63,925 nucleotides of DNA, filler included, from Chlamydiia bacterium (GCA_903848235.1; 7 parts of 7 records of this genome joined end to end with filler, not necessarily neighbours in it), one strand, 5' to 3'. Numbered from the whole stretch's first letter, positions 19,125 through 30,306 are shown. Made by a program: numbers and translations. Notes: generated by a model from the letters alone, not told the origin.

Positions 19125-19752
19125 TCTCTCCTAAAGGGAACAGCAGAGACTCTACACCTTCAATAATGATATGAAGGCACGCCATGTGCACCTCTTGAAT
19201 TCGATCAGAGGTCGACGCTTTTGGTACAATCAGCTGCACATCGGCAACGTCCGCCAGCTCCCCTCCCCCTTTTCCAAGCAGGCAAACAATTTTCATGCCG
19301 CGGCGTCGTGCCTCTTCGACGGCAAGGCTGATATTGCAAGAGCGCCCACTCGTCGTCAGGGCAACAAAAACATCATCTCTCTGGCCAAACGCTTCTATGC
19401 CTCTTCGATAGACATCATGGAATCCAAAGTCATTGCCCACACACGTTAGATGCCCGGGCTCGGAGAGGACAATGGCAGGAAGTGCCATCCGAGGCTTTCG
19501 AAAACACCCTGTCAGCTCCTCGGCAAAGTGAGCGGCATCGCACAGCGAGCCGCCATTTCCTGCAACGATGACCTTATGCCCTGATGAAAAAGTCTCTGCT
19601 AACAAGCTCGCTACATCCGCCATAAAAGAGATGGCTGTTGGCGACGCGAGAAAACTCGTTGTCTGAATAACATCACATACCGCTGCTTTCACTGTCTTTA
19701 CAAGCTGGGGGCAGAACGTTTTTTCATCCATAGGGAAAAAGAGCACTTCCAT
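19105..19752 (-). CDS. gmhA: D-sedoheptulose-7-phosphate isomerase
   Basis: GNGGSLCDAAHFAEEL, NDFG, TSGRS, DRIQEVH. Confidence 0.93.
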   Translation of the reverse strand: MEVLFFPMDEKTFCPQLVKTVKAAVCDVIQTTSFLASPTAISFMADVASLLAETFSSGHKVIVAGNGGSLCDAAHFAEELTGCFRKPRMALPAIVLSEPGHLTCVGNDFGFHDVYRRGIEAFGQRDDVFVALTTSGRSCNISLAVEEARRRGMKIVCLLGKGGGELADVADVQLIVPKASTSDRIQEVHMACLHIIIEGVESLLFPLGENASAVE

Positions 19753-19758
19753 AAAGTG

Positions 19759-21036
19759 TTACGCAAAGGACAACTGTACCCAATACAAGGCAATACCTGC
19801 CAGATACCCAGCAAGTGCTGGGATAGAGGCTTTCTTAAGGTACCAGAAGAAATCTACTTTCTCTAAGCCCATAAAAGCAACACCAGCGGCAGACCCGATA
19901 ATGAGCAAGCTTCCTCCAGTTCCCGCAGCATAGGCGGCAAGTGTCCAGAAGGAGCTATCCATAGGGTAGGCTGCGAGGTCATACATCCCCATACAGGCAG
20001 CGACAAGCGGGACATTATCGACAATCGATGAGATGAAGCCAATGATCACCGCGATCACCTCTTTTGAAGAAAAGAGATGGTCGAGGGTATGGGCAAAGTA
20101 CTGAAGGATATTCGCAATCTCAAGAACATTCACACTGAGAAGGATCCCTAGGAAGAAGAGAAGACTCATGACGTCAATACGCGGGAGAATAGCCGAAAAC
20201 CGCAGATGGTCGCGGTCAGGATGCCCACGGTGAATCACATCCGTAATCAACCACAGAACAGCCATCGCTGTTAAAATCCCCATAAAGGGAGGAAGTCCTG
20301 TCAGATATCGAAAGACAGGAACGCTGATCAATGCTCCAAGGCCGCAGAAGAGGATAAGCATCGCATGCGGCTGCAGTGTCATGTCAATGCCTGAGCGATC
20401 AGGCATCAGCCCTTTCACAGAGCGACTTGCAAAGAGAAGCGAGACAATTACGCAGGCAAGACTTGGGACAAGGAGGATTTTCATCATGGCAAAGGTCGAC
20501 AGCTGCCCGCCTACCCATAACATCGTCGTCGTCACGTCTCCAATGGGAGTCCAGGCGCCGCCAGCATTTGCCGCAATGACAATGACACTTCCAAAGATCA
20601 GTCTCTCTTCACGATCTTCGATGAGCTTTCTTAAGAGCATGATCATGACGACAGTTGTGGTTAGGTTATCGAGAATCGATGAGAGGAAAAAGGTGATAAA
20701 TCCAACAACCCACAGAATCACCTTCTTCGTTGGAAATCGCAATAGATTGCCGACAAGGCTTAAGCCTCCATGCACCTGAATGGTCTCAACAATCACTAAG
20801 GCACCCAAGAGAAAGAAGACAATCGACGCTGTTTGCGCTAACCCTTCGGTAAAAAGGGCAAGATCTGTGGCTTCTGGGGCAGGTCCTGCGAACTGCGCGA
20901 CCCAGCAAGCGGCAGCCGTAAGCAACGCGCTGGTCGTTTTATTAACGCCAATCGCATGTTCGAAAATAATACATAGGTACCCTATCACAAAAAATGTGAG
21001 CACCCACCACTGATCAGAAGAAAGAGATTCTTGCAT
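19759..21036 (-). CDS. nhaD: NhaD-type Na+/H+ antiporter (probable start ATG 21036)
   Basis: LDNLTTT, AANAGGAWTPIGDVTTTMLW, SSIVDNVPL, GTGGSLLIIGSAAGV. Confidence 0.92.
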   Translation of the reverse strand: MQESLSSDQWWVLTFFVIGYLCIIFEHAIGVNKTTSALLTAAACWVAQFAGPAPEATDLALFTEGLAQTASIVFFLLGALVIVETIQVHGGLSLVGNLLRFPTKKVILWVVGFITFFLSSILDNLTTTVVMIMLLRKLIEDREERLIFGSVIVIAANAGGAWTPIGDVTTTMLWVGGQLSTFAMMKILLVPSLACVIVSLLFASRSVKGLMPDRSGIDMTLQPHAMLILFCGLGALISVPVFRYLTGLPPFMGILTAMAVLWLITDVIHRGHPDRDHLRFSAILPRIDVMSLLFFLGILLSVNVLEIANILQYFAHTLDHLFSSKEVIAVIIGFISSIVDNVPLVAACMGMYDLAAYPMDSSFWTLAAYAAGTGGSLLIIGSAAGVAFMGLEKVDFFWYLKKASIPALAGYLAGIALYWVQLSFA

Positions 21037-21110
21037 AGTATTACACCCAAAAAAATTTGCAAAATCGAGATTATATGCCTCATTGTTATTTCCTGAAAAC
21101 CTAAGCTCTA

Positions 21111-21274
21111 ACTGAACTTTAGCATTTTTGGGGCACCCCAGTTCGCAGAGCGTTCTCTCTTTAGACGATTGCATTTATCATAGATCGTCTTGGGTTAGGC
21201 CATCTATGATAAATGCAAGAAGTATGAGAGAGAACGAATGCGAAATTGGCGCCCCAAAAATGCTAAAGTCCAGT
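21111..21274 (-). mobile_element. MITE-like palindromic repeat, copy B (complete, diverged, opposite orientation)
   Basis: Terminal arms ACTGAACTTTAGCATTTTTGGGGC / GCCCCAAAAATGCTAAAGTCCAGT; same inner hairpin as copies A and C; CTA on both flanks. Confidence 0.85.
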
Positions 21275-21407
21275 CTAACCTAGTCAAGAAAATATTCCGC
21301 GTTCTACTATCCAGTCGATTGTGTCAGAGGCCTATTCTTAACTTGAAAATTCGGGCCATACACATCTTAGTTGAAGAAATGGATTTACAGAAGTCAAGGA
21401 GAAAATA

Positions 21408-24400
21408 ATGGCCGTAGAAAACCCTATTCCTCCTCCAGCCGTTGGGGCTTTCAGTCAACCTAGCGGAAAAGTCATTAAGTACCGTCTTCGATTTCATAAA
21501 AGTTACACCGCCATGGCGAGGAAGGCGGTAGAGCAGAGGCTTCAAACGGTGTTTTCGGCGTTACAAGGTAAGACATTACCCGCTCTTGCCTCAGACCAAC
21601 ATCTTGACATCGAACTTCTAAAAAATGGAAATGCACGAGTGACGCTTCCATCAGGCAAGAAAATACCGGTGTCTATTCCATCAGGCGAGAGTAGCCAGAT
21701 CGAACAAGAAAGCACCCCTACCGTCGCTTCTGCATCCACAAAAGATCCACAATATCGCTTTGTTCCTCTGTTAGAGGGAAAGCCTCAATCAAGTTTTGGA
21801 GCCATCATAAAGAAAATTTTATCTCACATTTTGCCTCTTGGACCATCGAAAAGCGATACTATTCATTTAGGGCTCCTCCAGGAAGTCTTAGGGACCTATC
21901 CACGTGATGGAACGGTAACAATGGGACAGGCGCTTGACTACTGGATACGGGTAATCCAGCACGATGAGGTGCCTTCAAAAGAGACGTCTGAACTTGTGCA
22001 CCAGTTACAAGAGGCGAAGCAGCTACAAGTCGAAATCGAGAAGATGCAGCGCAAAAACCTTCTATTCGACCCTGACTCTTTGAAAATGAAAACAAGACTT
22101 GTAGCGCGTTTTGCTAGCAAAATCTCCTCCTTGCCCTCTCCCCCCGCCCAACTGTATATCCCGGCGGGATATTGGAAAGCGACATCGGCAGAAGAGGGGG
22201 GAAGGATGATTTTTCAACCCCTTCTCATTCGGGTAACAAAAGAAGCGAATGGTAACTATATATTTTCATGCCCATATCTTCAGTCGTCGATCACAATAAG
22301 TCCCGAAAAGCTTCCTGAACATTTAGAAACTCTTCTCGACACGCTCAATCCAAGATCTACAATAGACATCACTAATATCAATCAAAATCGAACTGTGCGT
22401 ATGATGACGGCACCGATAGCAGATAAAACGCCTATCACGAAACCCCTTCTTTCGGCTCAAGAGCTAAAGAAGCTATATGGCACACCGACGCGGGTAAAAA
22501 CAAAAAAGCATGCCGGCACATATGCAAGCGCCGTACGGGCAACAAAGGCTGTTGTACGAGAAGTTCTAATCCCTCCTTCAGCCCCAGAAAGAAAAAGTGA
22601 CTACAAATTATTTCGCTATCGACATGAAATAGATCTGTTAGAAAAATCCGCACAGTCAAAAGCGTGGGAAGATGATCTAGAGTATCAAAAAACGATTTAC
22701 GATAGCGCTTACAAACTGCTGATGAACCTTACAGGAGCGCGAGAGGGAAGCACATTCCTTGAATCCATTCTTGAGGCCGATTCTGAAAAGAGAGCGGCAA
22801 TCCTCGCCGACGAACAAGCGAAAAATCCTGCTTTGTGGGAGATCCGAGAGGATGTACAACGATTATGTGCAATCAGGGAGCAGATAGAAGCTCACAGAGC
22901 AGAGCAATTGAAACGCAAGGGAGTCGAAAAAAGTCGCCCTCTTACTGGGTCTGCAGTCCATATACCATCAGATCCGTTTCAACGCCGCACCGTAGCCGTA
23001 GGTCGGGATTCTACAATCGACTGCTCATTTGTATCCACCCCCCCCACACAACAAGAGGGGATCAAGCCTTTTCTAAAAGAAGCGTCGATAGCCTGCGAAG
23101 CACTGGTACGAGCAGGCGAATATAAGGCTCTCGAACATCTCATAACATCTGTGGCACAAGCTCTTTCAAGCTTTGACCTTGACACACCACCATTGACGAT
23201 CCCTGACGCACAAGCCATCCGTTCCTCATTAAACACAATACACCGTTCTGCTCTTGCCATCGTTGTCGCCATACCAAACCCTCCTTTTCATCCGGATTTT
23301 CTCGTAGGCCTCCTTGCCCTGGAAGTCCTTCAACATAAAGCCCTCACCCTTGAGATGGCGGCCATAGAAATTCCATTCTATTTTGCTACAGCTCTCTATC
23401 ATGAGCTAAGAGATCAGCCTGTGGCTTTTTTTCGTTCCCCAAAATCACAAGCACTTTTTAACACCGTGAAGCGCTATGCAGAAGTCAGAGAACCTGTGGG
23501 AACAGAAGCCGCATCTAAAACAAAAGAACCTCGTATTAACGAGTATCGCAAATGCGTGATCATCAACCACCTTGTTGCATATAAGAACATTCGATTTGGG
23601 GAAAAGAGAAGAGGGGTGGTGGACATCTTCACAATGGGTGATTCTCATTGCTGGAAGGAAGAGAGGGCTGCAAAAGTAGATCAAGGCGCCCTCCGCAGTC
23701 AACTCATAGGCAAACAGTTAGACAGTCTCCCCGATCTGCGCCTCAATCCATACAAAACCCCCCTAGCACTTTCATTTCTTGGTATTTCAACGGAGGAGGA
23801 AGATCTGCTAGAAGAAGCCTATATCGAACCGTACTTTGACATGCCTGTGATGTATGATGTAAAACGCCCTCGCTTTTGTTGGGATAGAACCCAATCTCTT
23901 TTTGAATCATCAGCCCCCAGTATCCCAGCTCATTCTCAGAGAGATCATAACCCATTTTGTGAGGCCATGGTCACCGTTGCCTACAAAACCCATGAATACG
24001 AAATCCTTGAGCGATTTCCCGATACGTTTAACCGATACTCTCCTGAAGAGATTCATGCCATTCTCTCGCTCATACCGCAGTGTTCTCAAGCCGATGTAAC
24101 ATGTGAACAGGGCGGTCCTGATCAAGGGGAAAGGCCTATTTTAGCACGTCTGCTGGAGCAGCTTCCCGACACCACTATTCATAGTTTTCTCTGTCTTCTC
24201 GACAGATTTCCCCATCTTGTGACAGATCCTCAATGCGCTCTCTTCATTCGAGGGGCAATTTTTAAATCTGGGATCCTTTCCAAGGCCGATCCTGAGTTGA
24301 CCAAAACGTTGATAGTCCGTCTAGAAGAATGCCGAAAAAGATGCCAGGATGAACTGAATGTCGCTGCAGAAATCAGATTGACAAGTCTGATCGGAGCAAT

Positions 24401-27400
24401 ACGCTTCAACATATCTCCTCCGGATGAAGACATCTCGGCGGACATTACTGCGCTGAAAGATATGAAAGGCCTCTCGAAAGATGAGGAATACATTCGAGAT
24501 CAGGAGCTTTTAGCACTCTACCTCTTAAAACCCAGCTTTTTTCCTGAGGAGCAAAGGGAATTCTTCTCTCTCTATGTTAAGACCCATTCAGCCCAGGGAC
24601 GCATCTCAGATGTCGATCCTGGAATATTACAGGAGGCGGAACAGCGCGCTTTTAATGAGATTCAATATATAAGAAAACAACATATAAGAAAACAACCAGC
24701 AATCATAGAACAAATTTTACACACATGTTCTCAATTAATCAGCGACGAGAAATGGAATATTGACCATTTCCCACTGTGTGTTCGTGGTAAAGAAGAGATA
24801 GACTTATCTCTCGGCACGCTCGTTATAAACGGAACGAGCGTCTCATCTCTTCCATCTACCGTAGAGGAAACACCCCTCTTTACGAAGTTGAACTTACAAC
24901 AAGGACTTCGATGGACTGTGACAGAAGATGAAGGGCACATCAAAAAAACGTATACATCCACCGCACATCCTGACATGACCATCGAAGCAGACTCTTTTGG
25001 CAACGTGAGATTTTTAAAGACAGAAGAAGAAGGAGGGAGGAAAACCCAATACGTCTGTTTCGATCCGGTCTACAAAACACAACCTCAAACGCTGAGTGTT
25101 ATAGAGATGGTCATGGGAGTAGAGGGACCTCTTTTCACAGGCGTGGCAGAGTCCGCATCATGGCAAATCACCCTATCAGAAAAGCACCGTCCCTATGTCC
25201 TTGACAATGTGGTGTTCGTTGATACCTCCCCTACAAAACGCAAAGGTAGTCGAACCCTTAGAATCGTTCGTGACGAAATGACCTCCATTCACATCAACCT
25301 CTCTGACAAAAAATCATCTGTGCAACTCATCAGCAGAGGCAAGCCACCCTCTTCCTTACTCCACGTAAGCCCCGGCACGTCGGACATCCTTGGAAGGCTC
25401 GATGAACGGATGTTTGCCACTTCAGATGGAAAAACAACTTCTGTGTACATGCCACTGCTCCGATTTCAGGGTGAATCCCAAGGCGTGGTTCTTCATCAAT
25501 CCGATCAAGGGGTGTGGGAAGTACAACACGAGGCATTCAAGGGGTATCGCATTTCAGCCAATCTCAGCCCGATACGTCCTTCAGGCGACAACCCCCCAAT
25601 TATTCCACCAGGGTTCACCAGTTTTATGGCGCTTGAAAAGGAAGGGCAATCAGGGACTGTTTCTAAGCTTTTCATTCCCCTCGTCGAGTTAAAACCCAAG
25701 TATCTCCGGCATGTTCCAGGACAAGAGACGGTTGGCGAAAAGTCATACGCCTCTTTTACGACTGAAGTAGTAGTCGCCTCTCCTGGGAGCAGGCCATTGA
25801 TCCTGTTGGATGTTGACATCCAGGACGGAAAACCTGTTTCTAGCGACCGCACCACAAACGCATATCTGGCCTACGTAGCTCTGACCCAACATCGATACGC
25901 TGATGCATATGCATTTTTGGAGAAAAGTCGGGCCACCCTCCCTCCGGAACAACTCAAAAAGATCTTTGAGTTTATGCTCTCCTGGCCCGACACATCGGCA
26001 GAAGGGGAGAGCGTAAAAGACAGAGTCCGTCTTATTCAACTTGGATGGCAAGACGCCCCCTCCTCCTCTGCAGCTCTATCCCGAGAAATCATCAAGGAAT
26101 TCACAAAAAAACTGGAGCCTGACGGCAAGGCTGAGGCCTTCCTCACCCAGCACCCAATCGGAGATATCACTCGCCTGCAATTGTTACTCGAAGCCTCAGG
26201 GAATGCTCTAGCTAAAAGGCTACTGCCTGTCGCTCCCGTCATAGCTCCCGCTCCTGAGGGTGAAGAGAGAGCCCTGATAGGCACGTGCATATATGCTAGC
26301 GTTCACCTTGAGGATTTTGGCCGCAGCCTAAAACTGAGGGGGAAGGATTCCGTCAAGACGTTGCGAGCTGCGGCCAGTACAATGATCGACAAAATGGGAG
26401 CCGTTGATAAAACACGAAAGGAAGCGTTAATAGCTGATGTTGGTGCGCATTGTGATAGCTTAGTAGAAGAGAGGGTGCTAGCAGATGGTGCACCGCTGCA
26501 AGAGATAGAAAGGGATCTAGAAAATAAGAGAAAAATTCTCGGGCATCAAAAACAATTTTGGCACAACAAAATCATAGCGATGTGCAATCCCAGTAAGACG
26601 GGACTTGCAAGCCTGCAAGAGGCACTATGTTCAAAAACCCATAAACACCAGATAGACCGTATTCTTGGCAGCTATATCAGAGGTGATGCAGATCTGAGCG
26701 ATCTTCTCAAAGAGATCGTTCCTCCAGTCGACATTAAGGAGCTCAAAAATCTTCTCCGCCAATACCTTGAATTTTCCGTTGCCCTCAAGCACACAGAAGA
26801 CGCTTGCGAAAAGATCAAGAAGGTTCCGCAGGAAGGTCATCCAGCACGCCAAGAGGCCTTGGATGAACTAGCAACATTTTTGGACGCTACGAGATATGTC
26901 CCTGATAGCGTCGATGAGATGACGAGCCGACTACTCCTGATGCTCGAATATTCCTGCGGCTTTCTTTTACGGAAGGCCAACGTACAGCTAGTTCTCGACC
27001 TCTTGAGGAATCCATCATGTGTCCGTCAACTGCCACCGGGCTCTGGAAAGACAAAAGTTGTACTCAGACTCTTGGCAATCATGCGAGCAAATGGCCTCGA
27101 CCTATCAACTATTATTTTGCCTGAATGGCTCTATGAACAAAATCGTCGAGACCTTGACATGGGGCTGCGTGAGGTTATTGGTCAAGAAGCCTACTGCCTC
27201 GATGTACCAGAGGACAGAGACCTAAGCCTCGATGAGCTGCAGGTTATGTATGGCAGCTTGCAAGCTACGGTGCAGAACAGAGGCGTCCTGCTCACGACAA
27301 AGACAAACCTGCTCGCGCTCCGTAATACCTTCGAACACCTCGAACGTCAACTCTGCCCCGTGCAAGGAGGGGCGCCTGATCCAGCTCTGCTCGAACAGTA

Positions 27401-29969
27401 TCACATGTTAAGCAAAATCTTAGACTATTGTAAGAAGCACATGGTGGCCCTCTGTGATGAAGTCGATTCCATTTTAGATATTCATAAAGAGGTCAACAGG
27501 AAAGAAGGCGGCGATCAGGATATTGATCCAACGATCCAAAAGGTGGGAGGTGAGTTTTTTCAGGTCCTTGTCAAAACGGCCGTCACACCAACGGATGATC
27601 CCAGCTCGCCCTTACAGCAGCTAGCCAGAGCTATCGTCAATGACCAACAAGTAGATCTTCCTGAGGACATAAAGAAAGAGGGATTAGAGGCCCTTGTTCA
27701 TACAATTTTCAAAGACGAGACATATGCAACATATATACTCAAAGAAGGCGCCCCCCTCCCACAAGTCCCTGATCTAGCAACCCAACAAAGACTAAAAGTC
27801 GCCAAAACATATTTTCAGGCGTTTCAAAAATCAACATTGCAGAAGAAAAGAAACGCCAAAGATGGGTATGGCCGTCTTGGAGATCGCGTTGTCCCCTACC
27901 GAGGACCCGGTACACCCGACACTAACTCTGCGTTCTGCCATCCATGCGCCATTGTGGCGTATACGTATCAAGACTACATTCAGGGAGGCATTCGCCTCGA
28001 TCAGGCCGAGACACTATACGCAGAAATATTGAGGCTGAGCAAGAGCCAAAAGGAAGAAGATAGAAAACATCTGCTCGACCTATGCACAGATTTCGAAATT
28101 GATCAAAACGAACTCAGCAAATTAATAGATGAAAATGAAGCTATAATGTACGTCCTCGACCAGATTAACAGCTCTGCAACAGCCAAATTCGCCTATTGCG
28201 TTCGCTATTGTATTCCAAAATTGAAAACAAGCGGGGAACAGGTCAAGTCAAACGCTTTTGATCTTGTGGATATGATGAAAAGTTTTGCAGGGATGACCGG
28301 AACCCCGCATAACGTAACTACATACTCTGACAAGATTACCGAAAAAGAGAAGGCAGTGACTCTCGGAAGTGATGGCAGCACGTTGGTAGCAGTGGCCAAA
28401 CTAGCGACAGCTGGCAAAATGCAAATAGTCACTCTTAAATCAGCCGAGCCCGACGCCGTCCTAGCGCACGTAGGGAAAACGTACCAAGGGGTCATCGATA
28501 TCGGAGCCTACCTCACAAGCCTCTCCGCAGAAGAGATTGCCCAAAAAATGGGGAAAGGGATGCCGAAGGACAGCCCAACTCTGTACATTCTCTATGTCGA
28601 CAGCCGGGGGCAATACATGGCCTACGACATAAAAAAGGACCAACACGTTCCTTATGATGATAAAAACACGGCTATGAGCCCAGGCAACTGTAAGACCATC
28701 TTCCAGTCGTTCGTTGGAACAGATATCAAACAGACACGCGACGCGAAATTTCTCGTTACCATCGGGAATATGATGGGCATGAAAGATTTTATCCAAGGGG
28801 TCATGAGGCTTAGAAATCTTGGCAAGGATCAGACCTTTGACATCGCCCTATCCCCTGAAGTGGCTGATACCATAAGAAAGTCAACAGACAAGCAATCCGA
28901 CGAAATCCTGACGATTTCAGACATTCTTACCTACTGTGAACTCAACTACGAACAGGAGGCTAAAGATGCGGCACTTGCCTCCGAGCGCACCAAAATTCAA
29001 CGGGTCCCCGAAGCGCTTCTTTTTGAAGATCGCGTCGAAAGAGGCGTATGTGTATCTCCTGAAGAGTTACAAGCACGTCGAACGGCATATCGAGATATCG
29101 TTGCGAGTAGAAGTAGATTTGATGCAGATTCTTTACAAACAGAGACAGAAGAAGTGACGTCCAAAAAAGCCCTGGATGATGCCACCGCTCTGGCGAGTCG
29201 GGGACTAGAACAGCTCGAGATCCTACCACAGGCCAAACGCGAAGAAGGTCTAAGAATTCTTAGAGAAAGAAGAACCCCACGTGAAGACGAAATGCCTCAG
29301 ACAGCGGTAGGCGTTGACTTTTCGATGACCGCTGTAGCGCAAGCCCAACAACAGACTAAGCAAACTCAGCAGATGCATACAAGAAGCCTGAAAACGGCAT
29401 TAGGAGCTGCCTGCCCTAAATGGATGCCGAAGGCAATTGATGAATTAATAATCTCACATTGCAATCTATCTCTATTTGTATCCCCAAACATACTACGCGG
29501 ATGGAAAAGCAAATATTTTGTTCCAGCACAATACGCCATTTTTATTAACGGCAACTTCCATATCGTTGACCAAACCGAATTTCAGCGCTTTTCCTCTATA
29601 GAAAAAGCAGTAAAAATTAGCTTTGGGTCAAAAACCTGTATTCAAGGAACACTCCAAGAAAAAGATGTGCAGAAGTTTTACCGATGCTTGGTTACGGCAA
29701 AGCTGCTGGCAGGATACGTAGACTTTCACGATCCAAATCATTACCTAGACCCTCATAATCAAAAAGAAAAAATAGCGCTCGCATGGGTGATCAATGAACA
29801 AAAACGCAATCTTCTGCGTCAAAAACTAGAAGCGAGTGAGGATTTCGATGCCTTGGACGCACTCGATGCAGAGGACAAAAAACTAGATTCTGAAAAAATC
29901 GATGAACCAACCTCTGAAGAAATCAATGAATTCGGCCAGATTCTGTTCATCGACCTACTGCAGCGGTAA
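21408..29969 (+). CDS. Giant DUF3638-like protein with SF2-helicase-like P-loop motifs (2853 aa)
   Basis: Uninterrupted 8.5-kb ORF with RBS AAGGAG; LLMLEY..F.LR, QLPPGSGKTKV, CDEVD, GMTGT, GTDIKQ, QGVMRLR. Confidence 0.75.
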   Translation: MAVENPIPPPAVGAFSQPSGKVIKYRLRFHKSYTAMARKAVEQRLQTVFSALQGKTLPALASDQHLDIELLKNGNARVTLPSGKKIPVSIPSGESSQIEQESTPTVASASTKDPQYRFVPLLEGKPQSSFGAIIKKILSHILPLGPSKSDTIHLGLLQEVLGTYPRDGTVTMGQALDYWIRVIQHDEVPSKETSELVHQLQEAKQLQVEIEKMQRKNLLFDPDSLKMKTRLVARFASKISSLPSPPAQLYIPAGYWKATSAEEGGRMIFQPLLIRVTKEANGNYIFSCPYLQSSITISPEKLPEHLETLLDTLNPRSTIDITNINQNRTVRMMTAPIADKTPITKPLLSAQELKKLYGTPTRVKTKKHAGTYASAVRATKAVVREVLIPPSAPERKSDYKLFRYRHEIDLLEKSAQSKAWEDDLEYQKTIYDSAYKLLMNLTGAREGSTFLESILEADSEKRAAILADEQAKNPALWEIREDVQRLCAIREQIEAHRAEQLKRKGVEKSRPLTGSAVHIPSDPFQRRTVAVGRDSTIDCSFVSTPPTQQEGIKPFLKEASIACEALVRAGEYKALEHLITSVAQALSSFDLDTPPLTIPDAQAIRSSLNTIHRSALAIVVAIPNPPFHPDFLVGLLALEVLQHKALTLEMAAIEIPFYFATALYHELRDQPVAFFRSPKSQALFNTVKRYAEVREPVGTEAASKTKEPRINEYRKCVIINHLVAYKNIRFGEKRRGVVDIFTMGDSHCWKEERAAKVDQGALRSQLIGKQLDSLPDLRLNPYKTPLALSFLGISTEEEDLLEEAYIEPYFDMPVMYDVKRPRFCWDRTQSLFESSAPSIPAHSQRDHNPFCEAMVTVAYKTHEYEILERFPDTFNRYSPEEIHAILSLIPQCSQADVTCEQGGPDQGERPILARLLEQLPDTTIHSFLCLLDRFPHLVTDPQCALFIRGAIFKSGILSKADPELTKTLIVRLEECRKRCQDELNVAAEIRLTSLIGAIRFNISPPDEDISADITALKDMKGLSKDEEYIRDQELLALYLLKPSFFPEEQREFFSLYVKTHSAQGRISDVDPGILQEAEQRAFNEIQYIRKQHIRKQPAIIEQILHTCSQLISDEKWNIDHFPLCVRGKEEIDLSLGTLVINGTSVSSLPSTVEETPLFTKLNLQQGLRWTVTEDEGHIKKTYTSTAHPDMTIEADSFGNVRFLKTEEEGGRKTQYVCFDPVYKTQPQTLSVIEMVMGVEGPLFTGVAESASWQITLSEKHRPYVLDNVVFVDTSPTKRKGSRTLRIVRDEMTSIHINLSDKKSSVQLISRGKPPSSLLHVSPGTSDILGRLDERMFATSDGKTTSVYMPLLRFQGESQGVVLHQSDQGVWEVQHEAFKGYRISANLSPIRPSGDNPPIIPPGFTSFMALEKEGQSGTVSKLFIPLVELKPKYLRHVPGQETVGEKSYASFTTEVVVASPGSRPLILLDVDIQDGKPVSSDRTTNAYLAYVALTQHRYADAYAFLEKSRATLPPEQLKKIFEFMLSWPDTSAEGESVKDRVRLIQLGWQDAPSSSAALSREIIKEFTKKLEPDGKAEAFLTQHPIGDITRLQLLLEASGNALAKRLLPVAPVIAPAPEGEERALIGTCIYASVHLEDFGRSLKLRGKDSVKTLRAAASTMIDKMGAVDKTRKEALIADVGAHCDSLVEERVLADGAPLQEIERDLENKRKILGHQKQFWHNKIIAMCNPSKTGLASLQEALCSKTHKHQIDRILGSYIRGDADLSDLLKEIVPPVDIKELKNLLRQYLEFSVALKHTEDACEKIKKVPQEGHPARQEALDELATFLDATRYVPDSVDEMTSRLLLMLEYSCGFLLRKANVQLVLDLLRNPSCVRQLPPGSGKTKVVLRLLAIMRANGLDLSTIILPEWLYEQNRRDLDMGLREVIGQEAYCLDVPEDRDLSLDELQVMYGSLQATVQNRGVLLTTKTNLLALRNTFEHLERQLCPVQGGAPDPALLEQYHMLSKILDYCKKHMVALCDEVDSILDIHKEVNRKEGGDQDIDPTIQKVGGEFFQVLVKTAVTPTDDPSSPLQQLARAIVNDQQVDLPEDIKKEGLEALVHTIFKDETYATYILKEGAPLPQVPDLATQQRLKVAKTYFQAFQKSTLQKKRNAKDGYGRLGDRVVPYRGPGTPDTNSAFCHPCAIVAYTYQDYIQGGIRLDQAETLYAEILRLSKSQKEEDRKHLLDLCTDFEIDQNELSKLIDENEAIMYVLDQINSSATAKFAYCVRYCIPKLKTSGEQVKSNAFDLVDMMKSFAGMTGTPHNVTTYSDKITEKEKAVTLGSDGSTLVAVAKLATAGKMQIVTLKSAEPDAVLAHVGKTYQGVIDIGAYLTSLSAEEIAQKMGKGMPKDSPTLYILYVDSRGQYMAYDIKKDQHVPYDDKNTAMSPGNCKTIFQSFVGTDIKQTRDAKFLVTIGNMMGMKDFIQGVMRLRNLGKDQTFDIALSPEVADTIRKSTDKQSDEILTISDILTYCELNYEQEAKDAALASERTKIQRVPEALLFEDRVERGVCVSPEELQARRTAYRDIVASRSRFDADSLQTETEEVTSKKALDDATALASRGLEQLEILPQAKREEGLRILRERRTPREDEMPQTAVGVDFSMTAVAQAQQQTKQTQQMHTRSLKTALGAACPKWMPKAIDELIISHCNLSLFVSPNILRGWKSKYFVPAQYAIFINGNFHIVDQTEFQRFSSIEKAVKISFGSKTCIQGTLQEKDVQKFYRCLVTAKLLAGYVDFHDPNHYLDPHNQKEKIALAWVINEQKRNLLRQKLEASEDFDALDALDAEDKKLDSEKIDEPTSEEINEFGQILFIDLLQR

Positions 29970-30182
29970 CCGTCCATAAATGCGCGGGTTTTACGGCGCA
30001 TGGGATAAAATACGGAGCCGTCGTGGGAAAGAAGGAATAAACTCTCTGACGGCTCCCAAGAAAAGCCACTATTATTAGAGAACTTGGCGATTGAATGGCA
30101 GACTCGATCGCCAACAGTAAAAATTCTATTATGATTTTCAAGCCCCTGCCATCGTATGGGCCGTCGATAAGACTATTAAGCC

Positions 30183-30289
30183 TTTTGCAAAACGAGCGGA
30201 CGCGCTCTGCTCACGCCGGCTCGAATAGAAAGTTTACCTCTCCCTTCGTCGACGGCGCTTCGCATATCGCAGCCGCCCGTTTTGCAAAA
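30183..30289. repeat. Palindromic element (~107 bp) between convergent genes
   Basis: TTTTGCAAAACGAGCGG pairs with CCGCCCGTTTTGCAAAA (17 bp, one mismatch). Confidence 0.65.
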
Positions 30290-30306
30290 ACCTCTATTAC
30301 GTATTT

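Noticed and set aside
21037..21174. N-terminal extension of NhaD in the ORF track (MQSSKERTLCELGCPKNAK...)
   Set aside because: It starts inside MITE copy B. ATG 21036 gives a normal NhaD start directly before the first transmembrane helix.
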